From positions 901 through 64,900 of IMG/VR virus record IMGVR_UViG_3300038393_001386: DNA of 64,000 bases; one strand, given 5' to 3'. Position 1 is the first letter of the stretch. Every line of letters starts with the position of its first letter. A model generated the notes under the pieces. The model was given only the letters and a program-made list of their open reading frames with translations, was not told the DNA's origin and did not search any database. The stretch comes from a virus (taxonomy: Duplodnaviria; Caudoviricetes). Both the position numbers and the translations under genes were made by a program. This document shows, in pieces, positions 54,608 to 64,000 of this stretch.

Positions 54608-55825
54608 ATGACCATCGCCACTGGTGTAAATAAGCAAGTCATTTACAAGAAGGAAACAACCTGGGGCACCATCCCCGCCGCGTCCAGCGCGCAAGCGTTG
54701 CGCCGCACCACGTCCGACCTGGACTTGAAAAAAGAAACCTATCAATCGAATGAAATCCGCACCGATTTCCAGGTCGCCGATTTCCGCCATGGCGTGCGTT
54801 CGGTCGAAGGCACCTTGAATGGCGAAATCTCTCCCGGCACCTACAAGGATTTCTTTGCCGCCGCGCTGCGCCAGGCGTTCCAGACCGCCACCACCACCGG
54901 CGCGCAGACCACCATCACCGCCGCCACCACCACCGGCACCAATGGCACCTTCACCCGTTCCGCCGGCTCGTACCTGACCGATGGCTTCAAGGTCGGTGAC
55001 GTGGTGCGCTGGACTGGCTGGACCGTGGCCACGGCCAACAACACCAAGAACATGCTGATTACGGGGCTGACCGCCACCGTGATGACTGTCACCACGCTCG
55101 ATGGCACGGCGATCGTTGCAAAGGCCGCTGGCGACTCTGTCACCGCCACGCTGGCCGGCAAGAAAACCTGGGTGCCATCGACCGGCCATACCGATGACTC
55201 GTTCTCGATCGAGCACTGGTTCAATGACCTGTCGGTGTCCGAAGTCTATACCGGCTGCAAGGTCAGCAAGCTCGATGTGCAATTGCCGGCCACCGGCATG
55301 GGCACCATCGGCGTGTCGCTCATGGGCAAGGATGTCACCACTGCCAGTGCGCAGTATTTCACCAGCCCGAACGCGCAAACCTCGACCGGCGTGATCGCCG
55401 CCGTCAATGGCGCGCTGTATGTCGGCGGCACGGCGGTGGCCAATGTCACCGGCATGACCTTCACCATCGACGGCAACATGACCGGCGAAGCGGTGATTGG
55501 CTCGAACTCGCGTCCGGACATCTTCGAGGGCCGCGTCTCGGTGTCCGGCCAGATCACCGCGTTCTTCCAAGATGCCACGCTGCGCGACCAGTTCCTGAAC
55601 GAGACCGAATCATCGGTGATTGGCGTATTCACCACCGGGAATACGGCGGCGTCGGATTTCGTCGTGTTCAACATGCCGCGCATCAAGGCGGGCGGCGCAT
55701 CGCGCGACGATGGCGACAAGGGCATCGTGCAAACCATCCCGTTCACCGCGCTGCTCAATACCGCCGGCGGCACCGGCGTCAATTCGCTGGCAACCACCAT
55801 TTCGATCCAAGACAGCCAGGCGTAA
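54608..55825 (+). CDS. Major tail tube protein
   Basis: KETTWGT, ETYQSNEIR.D.QV.D.RHG...VEG, SFSIE, GR..VSGQITAFF. Confidence 0.88.
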   Translation: MTIATGVNKQVIYKKETTWGTIPAASSAQALRRTTSDLDLKKETYQSNEIRTDFQVADFRHGVRSVEGTLNGEISPGTYKDFFAAALRQAFQTATTTGAQTTITAATTTGTNGTFTRSAGSYLTDGFKVGDVVRWTGWTVATANNTKNMLITGLTATVMTVTTLDGTAIVAKAAGDSVTATLAGKKTWVPSTGHTDDSFSIEHWFNDLSVSEVYTGCKVSKLDVQLPATGMGTIGVSLMGKDVTTASAQYFTSPNAQTSTGVIAAVNGALYVGGTAVANVTGMTFTIDGNMTGEAVIGSNSRPDIFEGRVSVSGQITAFFQDATLRDQFLNETESSVIGVFTTGNTAASDFVVFNMPRIKAGGASRDDGDKGIVQTIPFTALLNTAGGTGVNSLATTISIQDSQA

Positions 55826-55833
55826 CCGCAAGC

Positions 55834-55870
55834 GGACCGCCTGCGGGCGGTCCTTTCCTTCCTCTTTTTT
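55834..55870 (+). terminator. Intrinsic terminator after tail tube gene
   Basis: GGACCGCC-TGCG-GGCGGTCC followed by a T-rich tract. Confidence 0.7.
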
Positions 55871-55881
55871 GAAAGACCCCC

Positions 55882-56292
55882 ATGAACGCAGTGCTTACCC
55901 TTCCCGACCTGTCGATGTTCGATGTGCAGTCTGGCGCGAACGAAGGTTTTACGCTGGAACTGGTCAATGCCAGGCACGAGAAAACCGGCCTCTGGATCAA
56001 GGTGTTGGGCAAGGATTCCACCGAATTCCAGCGTCTGTCCAAGCAACAGCAGCGGCAACGGCTGCACCGCATGCAAAAGGCTGGCCAGACCAAGATCACG
56101 CCGGAAGAACTGGAAGACGATGCGCTCGACTTGCTGGCGACTGTCACCAAGGCATGGAATTTCAAGGACAAGGAAGGCAATCCCTATCCCTGCACGCCGA
56201 GTAATGCGATCAACCTGTACCGCGATTTTCCGTATATCCGCGAACAGGTCGATGTGGCGGTGGGCGACCGGGAAAATTTTATCAAGAGCTAG
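55882..56292 (+). CDS. Tail assembly chaperone (gpG-like)
   Basis: Between tube and TMP; FPYIREQVD...RENF end. Confidence 0.85.
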   Translation: MNAVLTLPDLSMFDVQSGANEGFTLELVNARHEKTGLWIKVLGKDSTEFQRLSKQQQRQRLHRMQKAGQTKITPEELEDDALDLLATVTKAWNFKDKEGNPYPCTPSNAINLYRDFPYIREQVDVAVGDRENFIKS

Positions 56293-56636
56293 TCGCGCAG
56301 CTCTTGCGATACGGCGAGCGCGAATTCGCGCTCAATGAGCGGCAAAGCGATGGCGCGACCTTGCGCGAGCACATGGCAATCGTCGCGCAGCAGGGCGGGC
56401 AGGTGCCGGACGACGCGCAGCCGCTGGAGCTGCCGGCAGCCCTGGCCTATCTGTGGCGCTGGTTTCTGGACTTGTCCAATGCGCGCAGCGGCACCGGCTT
56501 TGGTCCGGCTCCGATCACGCAGTTGGATTTGCTGGCCTGGTGCGCACTGCATGAAGTCAGGCTCTTGCCGTTCGAGCTGGAAGCGATCCGGGCGCTCGAT
56601 TTCCTGTATCTGAGCGCGCAGGCGACAAGCAAGTAG
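56274..56636 (+). CDS. Tail assembly chaperone -1 frameshift extension (gpT-like)
   Basis: Slippery A-AAT-TTT at 56274-56280; the -1 frame stays open to 56636 (YLWRWFLDLSNARS, PITQLDL). Confidence 0.75.
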   Translation, partial: KFYQELVAQLLRYGEREFALNERQSDGATLREHMAIVAQQGGQVPDDAQPLELPAALAYLWRWFLDLSNARSGTGFGPAPITQLDLLAWCALHEVRLLPFELEAIRALDFLYLSAQATSK

Positions 56637-56644
56637 GGGGCGGC

Positions 56645-59600
56645 ATGGGCGCAGCAGATGCAGACATTGCCAAGCTAGGCATACAAGTCGATAGCTCGCA
56701 GTTCAAGTCTGCGCAGCAGGACATGTCGCGCTTTGTCGATGCCGGCAAGCGCGTCGAATCGGCCACTGCCGCGATGCAGCAGACTGTCAAGCAATTGCAG
56801 CAGACGCTGGAAGCGGTCGGCTTGCCGCGCCATACCGCCGCGCTGGAAGAACACGCGAAAGCGCATGAAAAGGCTGCCGCCGCTTCGGAAAAGCTGCATG
56901 CGGGGCTGGAATCGGTCCAGCGCGCGCTCGAAGGCTTGGGCGTGGGCTTGACGCTGCGCGAATTCGTCGAACTGGCCGATGAAATGGCCACCATGGAAGC
57001 GCGACTCCGGCTCGTCACCACCGGCACTGCCAACCTGGCGCGCGTGCAGCAGGAATTGTTCGATACCGCGCAAAGCACCCGTTCCTCGCTGGCCGATACC
57101 GAAGAACTGTACCTGCATCTGGCCGAAACCACCGGCAACCTCGGCTTGTCGCAGCGCGACTTGCTGACCCTGACCCGCACGCTGACCGAATCGTTCGTCT
57201 TGAATGGCCGCTCGGCCAAGGATGCCAGCGCCGCCGCGCGCCAGCTCGGCATCGCGTTCGCCACCAATTCCGCCGATTGGCGGCAGATGCGCAAGATTCT
57301 GCAGGAAGCGCCGGAACTGGCTTCCACCATCGCCGAAGGCATGGGCGTCACGGTGGCCAAGCTCAAGGAATTGACCAACCAGGGCAAGCTGTCCGGCGAG
57401 CAGATCGTGCAAGGCATCCTGAAGGCGTCGCAGGAAGTCGATAAGAGTTTTTCGACCCTGCCGAAAACGGTGGGCCAGGCTCTCACGCAATTGCAGAACG
57501 CGTTCGCCGAATTCGTGCATCAGCAGGATGAATCGAGCGGCGCGACCGCCACCATGGTCAAGGGCATCGACCTGTTGCGCGAGCACCTGGACAGCGTCGT
57601 GAAACTCTTGTCGGTGGCTGCGTTTGCCACCTTCCCCGGCGTCTTGCTGAACATCGCCAAGGGCTTTTCAGTGCTGGCCGCGCTCGGCAATCCGTTTGCC
57701 GCGATCGCCGCCGCCGTGTCGGTCGCCACTGGAGCCTTGTATGTGTACCGCGATGCAGTAGTGTCGATCGGCGGCATCACCGGCACCATTGGCGACATCG
57801 TCAAGGCGACCTGGCAGGAAATCGCCGAAGTCGGCGCGCGCCGCTTTGGCGAGCTGCAGGATGCGGTTGCGCCGGTGGTGGCGTTCTTCAACGACCGCTT
57901 TGGCGAATTGTCCGAATTCTTTGCGCGCGTGCTGACCACGATGGTGGACGATGCCGAGACGGCGGTGCGCGCGATCATCGGCTTTTTCGTCGGCATGGCC
58001 GATGCGCAGCAGGCGGCGGGGCAGGCGATCGTGGACAACTTCCGCGCCGAGTTCACCAATATCGCGAATCTGGCGGCGGCGATCGGCGAAGTCATCAAGA
58101 ACGCGTTCACGCATATCTGGGAGCCGGTCGATTTCACGCCGATCAAGAAGGCGCTGCAAAACCAGGTGCAGGGTGCCGCGCAAGGCGCGGGCACGGCATG
58201 GGTCGAAGGCTTCAAGAAAGGCTATGGCAGCGTGCAGCAGAAAAGCCTGACCGACAGCCTGGTGCTGCCGTTCGAGAAGGCGCGCGACAACATCGGCAAG
58301 GTCAGTGCCGATATCCAGGCCAAGATTCTGCAGATGCAGCGCGAAGCCGATGACGTGCAAAAGCAGACGGTGGGCGACTTGAATGGCCCCGGCTCGAAAA
58401 CCAGCGACAACCTGGCCAAGCAGATCGATGAGTATGACCGGCTGGTGCGCTCGATCAAGGCCAAGAATGCCGAAGCCGAAGAAGAATTGCGCGTCGGCCA
58501 TGAGTTGACCGATGCGGAAAAGATGCGCTTTGATTTCCTGTTCAAGATCGAGTCCGGCGAACTGCAGGTGTCGAAGGCGCAAAAGCAGCGCGTGCTGGTC
58601 ATGCTGGACCTGTTGCAAGCCAACCAGGAACAGGTGAAATGGGAGCGCGAACTGAACCAGCTCGCCGAGCAGGCCCGAAGCGAAGAAGAACAAAAGGTCA
58701 AAGCCGCGAAGGATGAACTGGCGTCGATCTCGAAAGCCACCGTCGCGCTGCAGGACCAGACCGAAGAAATCGGCAAGAACGCGCAGCAGGTGGCCGAATT
58801 GCGCGCTTCGCGGCTGGAAGTGGCTGCCGCCACCGATGAAGCCACTGCTGCCGATCTGCGCTGGAAAGCGCAGTTCGATGACAATGGCGACCTGATGCGC
58901 CAGCAGGCCGAGCAACTGGACATGGTCGCGTCGGCGCTGCGCAATGAGGCGCGCGCTGTGCGCGAGAACGGCGATGCGCAATTCGCCGACCAGTTGAAGA
59001 AAGACATGCAGAAAGCCGCTGAAGACGCGCAGCGGCAATGGAAGCAGACGGCGGACAAGATCGAGAACTGGCTGTCCGACGCATTCCTGCGCTCGATGCA
59101 GAGCGGCGAATCGTTTTTCAAGTCGCTGGTCGATGCGCTGAAGACCATGTTTGCGCGGCTGATCCTGCAGCCGATCTTTGCGCCGATTTCGGGCGCATTG
59201 GCTTCGGCGTTTGGCGGCTCATCGGCCTTCGGCGGCATCGGCGGCGGCACCAATTACGTGATGGCTGGCCAGCAACTCTGGCAAGGCTTCAATACCGGCT
59301 TCACCACCTTTGGCAAGAGCCTGGGCACGCTGGTGTCGCAACTCGGCACGTTGATCGGCTCGCCCACGCTGCAAGGCTTTGGCCTGGGCATGGGCTTGCC
59401 TGCCGGCTCGGCGCTGCCTGGTCTGTCGTCGTCCGGCGCGGTGTATGGCGGCGCGCAGGCCGGCATGGCTGCCGCGCCGTATCTCAATGGCGGACTGGCG
59501 CTGATCGGCGGCGTCGGGCTGGGCAATGCGCTGTCCGGCGGCTTGGCCATCATTGGCAACAATCCCTCCACCACCACCGCGATCGGCTCGGCGATCGGCT

Positions 59601-62416
59601 TGGCGGCAGCGGGGCCGATCGGCGCGGTGATCGGCGGCGCTTTGGGCGGACTGGCCAACCGGCTGTTCGGCTCTGGCCCGGAGCATTTGACCGGGCTGGG
59701 CATCAGCGGCTCGTATGCGAATGGCCAGGTGTCGGCGCAAAACTACGCGACCTATCATTCGTCCGGCGGCTTGTTTGGCGGCGGCGGCGACCGCACGCAA
59801 ACTTCACCGCTTGACCCGGCGACGGTCGCCACCATCCAGAATGCGTTTGCCACCATTACCGAATCGATCAATGGGCTGGCCAAGACGGTCGGCGATGGCG
59901 CGTTCACGCTGTCGAACATCAGCGAAGACTTCAAGGTCGGGTTCCAGAACACCGGCAATGCCGAAGCCGATGCGAAAGCGAACCTCGAACAGTTACAGAA
60001 ACTGTTTGCGTCGTTTTCCAATGATCTGGCCAATCAGGCACTGCCTGGCTTGTCGCAATTGGCGCGTGCCGGCGAAACCGCGACCGAGACGCTGACCCGG
60101 ATCGCCACCGAAATCGGCGCGACCGACCAGGTGCTGGCCATGATGGGCAAGACCAGCCAGCAAGCGTTCGGCGCGGTCGGCATCGCGTCGCTGGCCGCCA
60201 GGGAGCGCCTGATCGCATTCGCCGGCGGCATCGACAAGCTCACGCAAGGCGTGAGTTACTTCAACGACCATTTCCTGTCCGATTCCGAAAAGGTCCGGCT
60301 GGCCACCACCAATGTCGCCACCGAACTGGCCAAGCTGGGGGTCGGCTCGATCACCACCAAGGACCAGTTCAAGCAACTGGTGCAGTCGCAGGATTTATCG
60401 ACCGAAGCCGGCGCGCGGCTGTATGCGCAATTGCTGAACCTGGCTCCGGCGTTCGACCAGGCCGAGACCATGGTGCAGCAAATGGAAGATGCGGCGCAGC
60501 AGGCGGTGCAGCAAGCCTATCAGCAGGTGCAAGCCACCGAGCAGGCGCTGAACCAGGCGCGGCAATCGTATCAGCAGACCTTGGGCCAGATCGATGAAGC
60601 GTATAACGCGATCGCCGAAAAGCGCGAGGAATTGCACCAGCAGCGGCTGGAAGAAGAACGCAAGGCGGCGCAAGACCGCGAACTGAAGGAACTGCAAGCG
60701 CATACGCAGCAAATGCAGCAGGTGCAGCAGCAGGCCGAACAAGCCAGGCAGCAGGCCGACCAGAAAGTCGCGCAGGCGCAGCAAACGCTGGCGCAAGCGT
60801 ACCAGCGCGAAGCGCAGGAAGTGCAGCAGCGGCTGACCGACGCGCACAATGCGCTGATCGCCGCCTATCAGCGCGAAGAACAGGAAGTGCAAAACAACCT
60901 GGCTGCCGCGCGGCAGGACTTGGTCAATGCGTACAACAAGGAAGCGCAGGGGCTGCAGCAAACCATCGACCGCTTCCGCGAATTCGCGAAAGCGATGGCC
61001 GAGTTCCGCCAGTCGCTGCTGACCGGCGACTTGTCGCCGTTGACGCCGATCCAGCAATATCAGCAAGACAAGCAGCGCTTTAACGATCTGGTGCAGCGCG
61101 CCAAGGCGGGCGACCCGGAAGCGCAATCGCAAGTGCAGGGCGCGGCCACCGATTTCCTGAATGCGTCGAAAACCGCGTTCGCCTCCGGCTCGCAGTATCA
61201 AAGCGATTTCGCCACGGTGCAGGATGCCTTGAAACAGCTTGGCGACAGCGCCACGCAGCAGGCGAACGATGCGCAGGCGCAGCTCGATGCGCTGCACGAT
61301 CAAGTGTCGCAACTGGTGGATTTGGGCGACAAGACGCTGTCGGTCAAGGACGCGATCGCCAAGCTCACTGATGCGCAAAAACAGGTCGAAATGCTGCAGG
61401 ACATGCGCGACCAGGTCGAATTGCTGGTGGACCTCGGCGACAAGACCTTGTCGGTCAAGGACGCGATCGACCAGTTGAAGGATGCGCAGCACGCCGAAGA
61501 CCAGTTGCAGGCCTTGCATGACCAGGTCAGCCAACTGGTGGACTTGAACGACCAGGTGCTGACCGTCGATCAGGCGATTGACAATCTGAATGCCGCGCAA
61601 GCCGCGTCCGCCGAAGCGCAGCGCCAGCTCGATATCGCGAACCTGAACGTGCAATTGAGCCAGCAAGCCGAGCAGGCGTTCCAAGACCGCGTTGCACAAG
61701 AGGAACTGGTGCGCGAGCACATGCAACAAGACCAGGAACTGGCGGCATACGAAGCGCAGCAATACCAGCGCATCCAGGAACTGCAAGTGCAGGCGCAGCA
61801 GCAGGAAGGGGCGATCTATCAAGCCGAATGGGCGCACGACGAAGCGCTGGCCGCGCTGCAGCGCGCGCAGGAACAATACTGGGCGATCCAGCAAAACAAC
61901 CTGCTTGGCCAGATCGTGCAGCAACTGGCGGTCAACAACCAGTTGACGCAGCAGCAGACCGCTGCCACGCAGCAAGCCGCCGCCTCGCCAGGGGGCGCGC
62001 CGGCTGCCGCGCCGGCTGCCGCGCCGCAAACCTATATCGGCAGCAACGGCTTTGAGGAAACCGCCGGCATCCCGGAGCATGCGCTGGGCCTCGACTATGT
62101 GCCGTATGACGGTTATCTGACCTATCTGCACAAGGGCGAACGGGTGCTCACCGATGTGCAGGCGCGGTTCCAGGACCGTGCCAAGCGCGATGCCTCCACC
62201 CGGACCGGCATCGACACGCAAGCGCTGCGTGCTGAACTTACCGCGCTGCGCGAAACCCTGGAAGACTTGATCCGGCAACAGGCGCAGGCGACCGAAGCGC
62301 AAGTGCGCGCCGCCTATGATGCCGCCAAGCGCTCTGCCGACACGATCGTCGCCGGCCAGGTCGATGCCGCCGACCGCGCCGCCTACCGCGAACGCGCCCG
62401 CGCTGCATACGAGTAA
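56645..62416 (+). CDS. Tape measure protein
   Basis: 1923 aa, Ala/Leu/Gln-rich; tape-measure domain ADEMATMEARLRLVT; C-terminal HALG..YVPYDGY...LHKGERVL. Confidence 0.93.
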   Translation: MGAADADIAKLGIQVDSSQFKSAQQDMSRFVDAGKRVESATAAMQQTVKQLQQTLEAVGLPRHTAALEEHAKAHEKAAAASEKLHAGLESVQRALEGLGVGLTLREFVELADEMATMEARLRLVTTGTANLARVQQELFDTAQSTRSSLADTEELYLHLAETTGNLGLSQRDLLTLTRTLTESFVLNGRSAKDASAAARQLGIAFATNSADWRQMRKILQEAPELASTIAEGMGVTVAKLKELTNQGKLSGEQIVQGILKASQEVDKSFSTLPKTVGQALTQLQNAFAEFVHQQDESSGATATMVKGIDLLREHLDSVVKLLSVAAFATFPGVLLNIAKGFSVLAALGNPFAAIAAAVSVATGALYVYRDAVVSIGGITGTIGDIVKATWQEIAEVGARRFGELQDAVAPVVAFFNDRFGELSEFFARVLTTMVDDAETAVRAIIGFFVGMADAQQAAGQAIVDNFRAEFTNIANLAAAIGEVIKNAFTHIWEPVDFTPIKKALQNQVQGAAQGAGTAWVEGFKKGYGSVQQKSLTDSLVLPFEKARDNIGKVSADIQAKILQMQREADDVQKQTVGDLNGPGSKTSDNLAKQIDEYDRLVRSIKAKNAEAEEELRVGHELTDAEKMRFDFLFKIESGELQVSKAQKQRVLVMLDLLQANQEQVKWERELNQLAEQARSEEEQKVKAAKDELASISKATVALQDQTEEIGKNAQQVAELRASRLEVAAATDEATAADLRWKAQFDDNGDLMRQQAEQLDMVASALRNEARAVRENGDAQFADQLKKDMQKAAEDAQRQWKQTADKIENWLSDAFLRSMQSGESFFKSLVDALKTMFARLILQPIFAPISGALASAFGGSSAFGGIGGGTNYVMAGQQLWQGFNTGFTTFGKSLGTLVSQLGTLIGSPTLQGFGLGMGLPAGSALPGLSSSGAVYGGAQAGMAAAPYLNGGLALIGGVGLGNALSGGLAIIGNNPSTTTAIGSAIGLAAAGPIGAVIGGALGGLANRLFGSGPEHLTGLGISGSYANGQVSAQNYATYHSSGGLFGGGGDRTQTSPLDPATVATIQNAFATITESINGLAKTVGDGAFTLSNISEDFKVGFQNTGNAEADAKANLEQLQKLFASFSNDLANQALPGLSQLARAGETATETLTRIATEIGATDQVLAMMGKTSQQAFGAVGIASLAARERLIAFAGGIDKLTQGVSYFNDHFLSDSEKVRLATTNVATELAKLGVGSITTKDQFKQLVQSQDLSTEAGARLYAQLLNLAPAFDQAETMVQQMEDAAQQAVQQAYQQVQATEQALNQARQSYQQTLGQIDEAYNAIAEKREELHQQRLEEERKAAQDRELKELQAHTQQMQQVQQQAEQARQQADQKVAQAQQTLAQAYQREAQEVQQRLTDAHNALIAAYQREEQEVQNNLAAARQDLVNAYNKEAQGLQQTIDRFREFAKAMAEFRQSLLTGDLSPLTPIQQYQQDKQRFNDLVQRAKAGDPEAQSQVQGAATDFLNASKTAFASGSQYQSDFATVQDALKQLGDSATQQANDAQAQLDALHDQVSQLVDLGDKTLSVKDAIAKLTDAQKQVEMLQDMRDQVELLVDLGDKTLSVKDAIDQLKDAQHAEDQLQALHDQVSQLVDLNDQVLTVDQAIDNLNAAQAASAEAQRQLDIANLNVQLSQQAEQAFQDRVAQEELVREHMQQDQELAAYEAQQYQRIQELQVQAQQQEGAIYQAEWAHDEALAALQRAQEQYWAIQQNNLLGQIVQQLAVNNQLTQQQTAATQQAAASPGGAPAAAPAAAPQTYIGSNGFEETAGIPEHALGLDYVPYDGYLTYLHKGERVLTDVQARFQDRAKRDASTRTGIDTQALRAELTALRETLEDLIRQQAQATEAQVRAAYDAAKRSADTIVAGQVDAADRAAYRERARAAYE

Positions 62417-62419
62417 ATC

Positions 62420-64000
62420 ATGTTGCTGCACCGCGCCCTGATCCCGTACCAGAAGCAGCCGCCGGCCACCGCGCCGGTGCGCTGGAACGCGGGAATCGGG
62501 CGCGGCTTGCTGGTTGCGTCCGCGCATCCGAATCTCGGCATGCGCAGCCGCAGCGCCGGCTATGTCACGCCGTCGTTCCCGCTGGCCGCGAAACCGTCCG
62601 CAGGCAAGACGGCAGGGCTGGGCAAGACCACGCTGTTTTCCAACACGACGGTCAGCCCGATCCATTTCCCGGCGCTGCCGACGGTCCCGTTTCCGCTGAC
62701 GCTGCTGGTGGAATTCAATTTCACCACGCTGCCGGGGGCCGGCACGCTGGTCAGCTTCGGCGGCTCCGGCACCGCCGCCGGCGGCTTTGCCGTCTGGTCC
62801 ACCAGCGGCGGCGCGCTGACCTTCACGCTCGGCGGCGTCAACGACTACGCGCTTGGCATTACCGTGGCGGCGCTCACCGATTACACGCTGCTGCTGACGT
62901 TCGATGGCAGCAACGTGCAAGCCACGCTGCGCAACAAGGTCGATCGCAGCATTACCTATGGCGCGCCGATCGCCGCTTCCGGCATGCTGGCAGCGTCCAA
63001 GCCGCTGACGATTGGCGCGACCTATGACGGCGGCTTGGCCAACTATTTCGATTCGCCGGACGGCCATATCGGCAGCGTCGCCATGTGGGACCGGGTGCTG
63101 TCGCCGAAAGCGATCCTGTCTCTGCTGGGCAACCCATACCAGATTTGGGGCATGCCGAACGGCCTGGTGTCGATCACCGCGCAGGCTGGGCGCACCGCCA
63201 CGCTGCAAAAGACCCTTGGCGCATTGACGCTGTCGGCGGCGGGAACGGTCAGTACACCGGGCGGCAACCTGAACGCCACGCTGGGCGCACTGACCACGTC
63301 GGCCACCGGCAGCGTGGCCGTAGCCGCGACCCTGGCCAAGACGCTCGGCGCATTGACCTTGTCGGCCACCAGCGGGTCGCCGCGCAATGCCACGCTGACC
63401 AAGACGCTGGGAGCCTTGACGGTCGCCGGGGCCGGCACCGTGCGCGATCCGGTCAATACCGCCGGCATGACTGCCGATGGCTCGAATATCCCGCTGTGGC
63501 TGTCGGACCCGGCGGCGATCCGCTGCGCGCTGATCGAGGTCGGCGCGCTCAGTGGCGGCGTGGAAACCACGCGCTACCTGTCCACGGTCGGCTATGTGAC
63601 CGGGCCGAGCGAAACCCCGGCCAACACCGCGTACCTGCCGATCGTGGTGGCGGCGGGATCGATCCAGTTCACCGAGCAACTGGGGCTGGATGGCTCCGGC
63701 GGCATGAGCTTTGGCGATATCGAGCTGTACAACGTCGGCGGCGAGCGCGATAGCTGGCTCGCCGACATTTGGGCCAACCGCAGCGTCAAGGTCTGGATCG
63801 GCGATCCGCGCTGGCCGCGCGCCGATTTCATCCAGGTCTTCACCGGCGTACTGTCCAATCCCGGCCTGGTGAGCCGCCGCCGCGACCGCCTGAACCTGCA
63901 ATTGCGCGACAAGATGCAACGGCTGAACAAGACGATATCTGAAATCAAGCTCGGCGGCACCACGGCGAACGCGGAAAAGCTGATCCCGCTGACCTTTGGC
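62420..64000 (+). CDS. LamG plus 21-aa repeats fused to tail tip/hub protein (runs off the window)
   Basis: Hand-checked open frame of 527 codons (absent from the ORF track, no stop): LamG paralogous to 49406, four TLGALT repeats, then TRYLSTVGY...GDIELYN..GERDSW...LIPLTFG. Confidence 0.8.
   Translation, partial: MLLHRALIPYQKQPPATAPVRWNAGIGRGLLVASAHPNLGMRSRSAGYVTPSFPLAAKPSAGKTAGLGKTTLFSNTTVSPIHFPALPTVPFPLTLLVEFNFTTLPGAGTLVSFGGSGTAAGGFAVWSTSGGALTFTLGGVNDYALGITVAALTDYTLLLTFDGSNVQATLRNKVDRSITYGAPIAASGMLAASKPLTIGATYDGGLANYFDSPDGHIGSVAMWDRVLSPKAILSLLGNPYQIWGMPNGLVSITAQAGRTATLQKTLGALTLSAAGTVSTPGGNLNATLGALTTSATGSVAVAATLAKTLGALTLSATSGSPRNATLTKTLGALTVAGAGTVRDPVNTAGMTADGSNIPLWLSDPAAIRCALIEVGALSGGVETTRYLSTVGYVTGPSETPANTAYLPIVVAAGSIQFTEQLGLDGSGGMSFGDIELYNVGGERDSWLADIWANRSVKVWIGDPRWPRADFIQVFTGVLSNPGLVSRRRDRLNLQLRDKMQRLNKTISEIKLGGTTANAEKLIPLTFG

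Noticed and set aside
60395-63919. 1174-aa minus-strand ORF (also 57668-59038, 50674-52110 and similar)
   Set aside because: Shadows of the tape measure, tail and repeat genes on the + strand.

Overview
The window is almost the whole genome of a temperate, long-tailed (siphovirus-like) phage, about 60% GC. The host is probably a betaproteobacterium (inferred from the SSB and other proteins). It reads as a linearised circle: the tail gene running off the right end (62420->64000) appears to be the one whose C-terminus opens the window (<1-253), and an attP (3' half of tRNA-Ser(CGA)) lies mid-window. Gene order: tail tip/fibres, a 2012-aa multi-glycanase, lysis (to ~11.7 kb); a leftward early arm of small genes, integrase/xis, recombination and replication genes (11.7-34.6 kb); a cro/cI-like switch; then MTase, terminase, a ~0.9-kb structured non-coding RNA region, portal, capsid, decoration, neck, tail tube and tape measure. 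The main unexplained structure is two separate clusters of small early genes (13.6-15.25 kb and 19.9-21.5 kb). Both carry the same eight GA-N7-TC sites in the same order, each with its own 7-bp core, while the DNA between the sites looks unrelated. This resembles an addressed, reading-frame-preserving cassette-exchange system. Other notable features are a genome-wide CTACC-N5-GGTAG operator network, an atypical tRNA followed by a GOLLD/ROOL-sized RNA candidate, and a 21-aa repeat shared by three carbohydrate-module virion proteins. All protein calls come from motif recognition by eye; no database searches were run.
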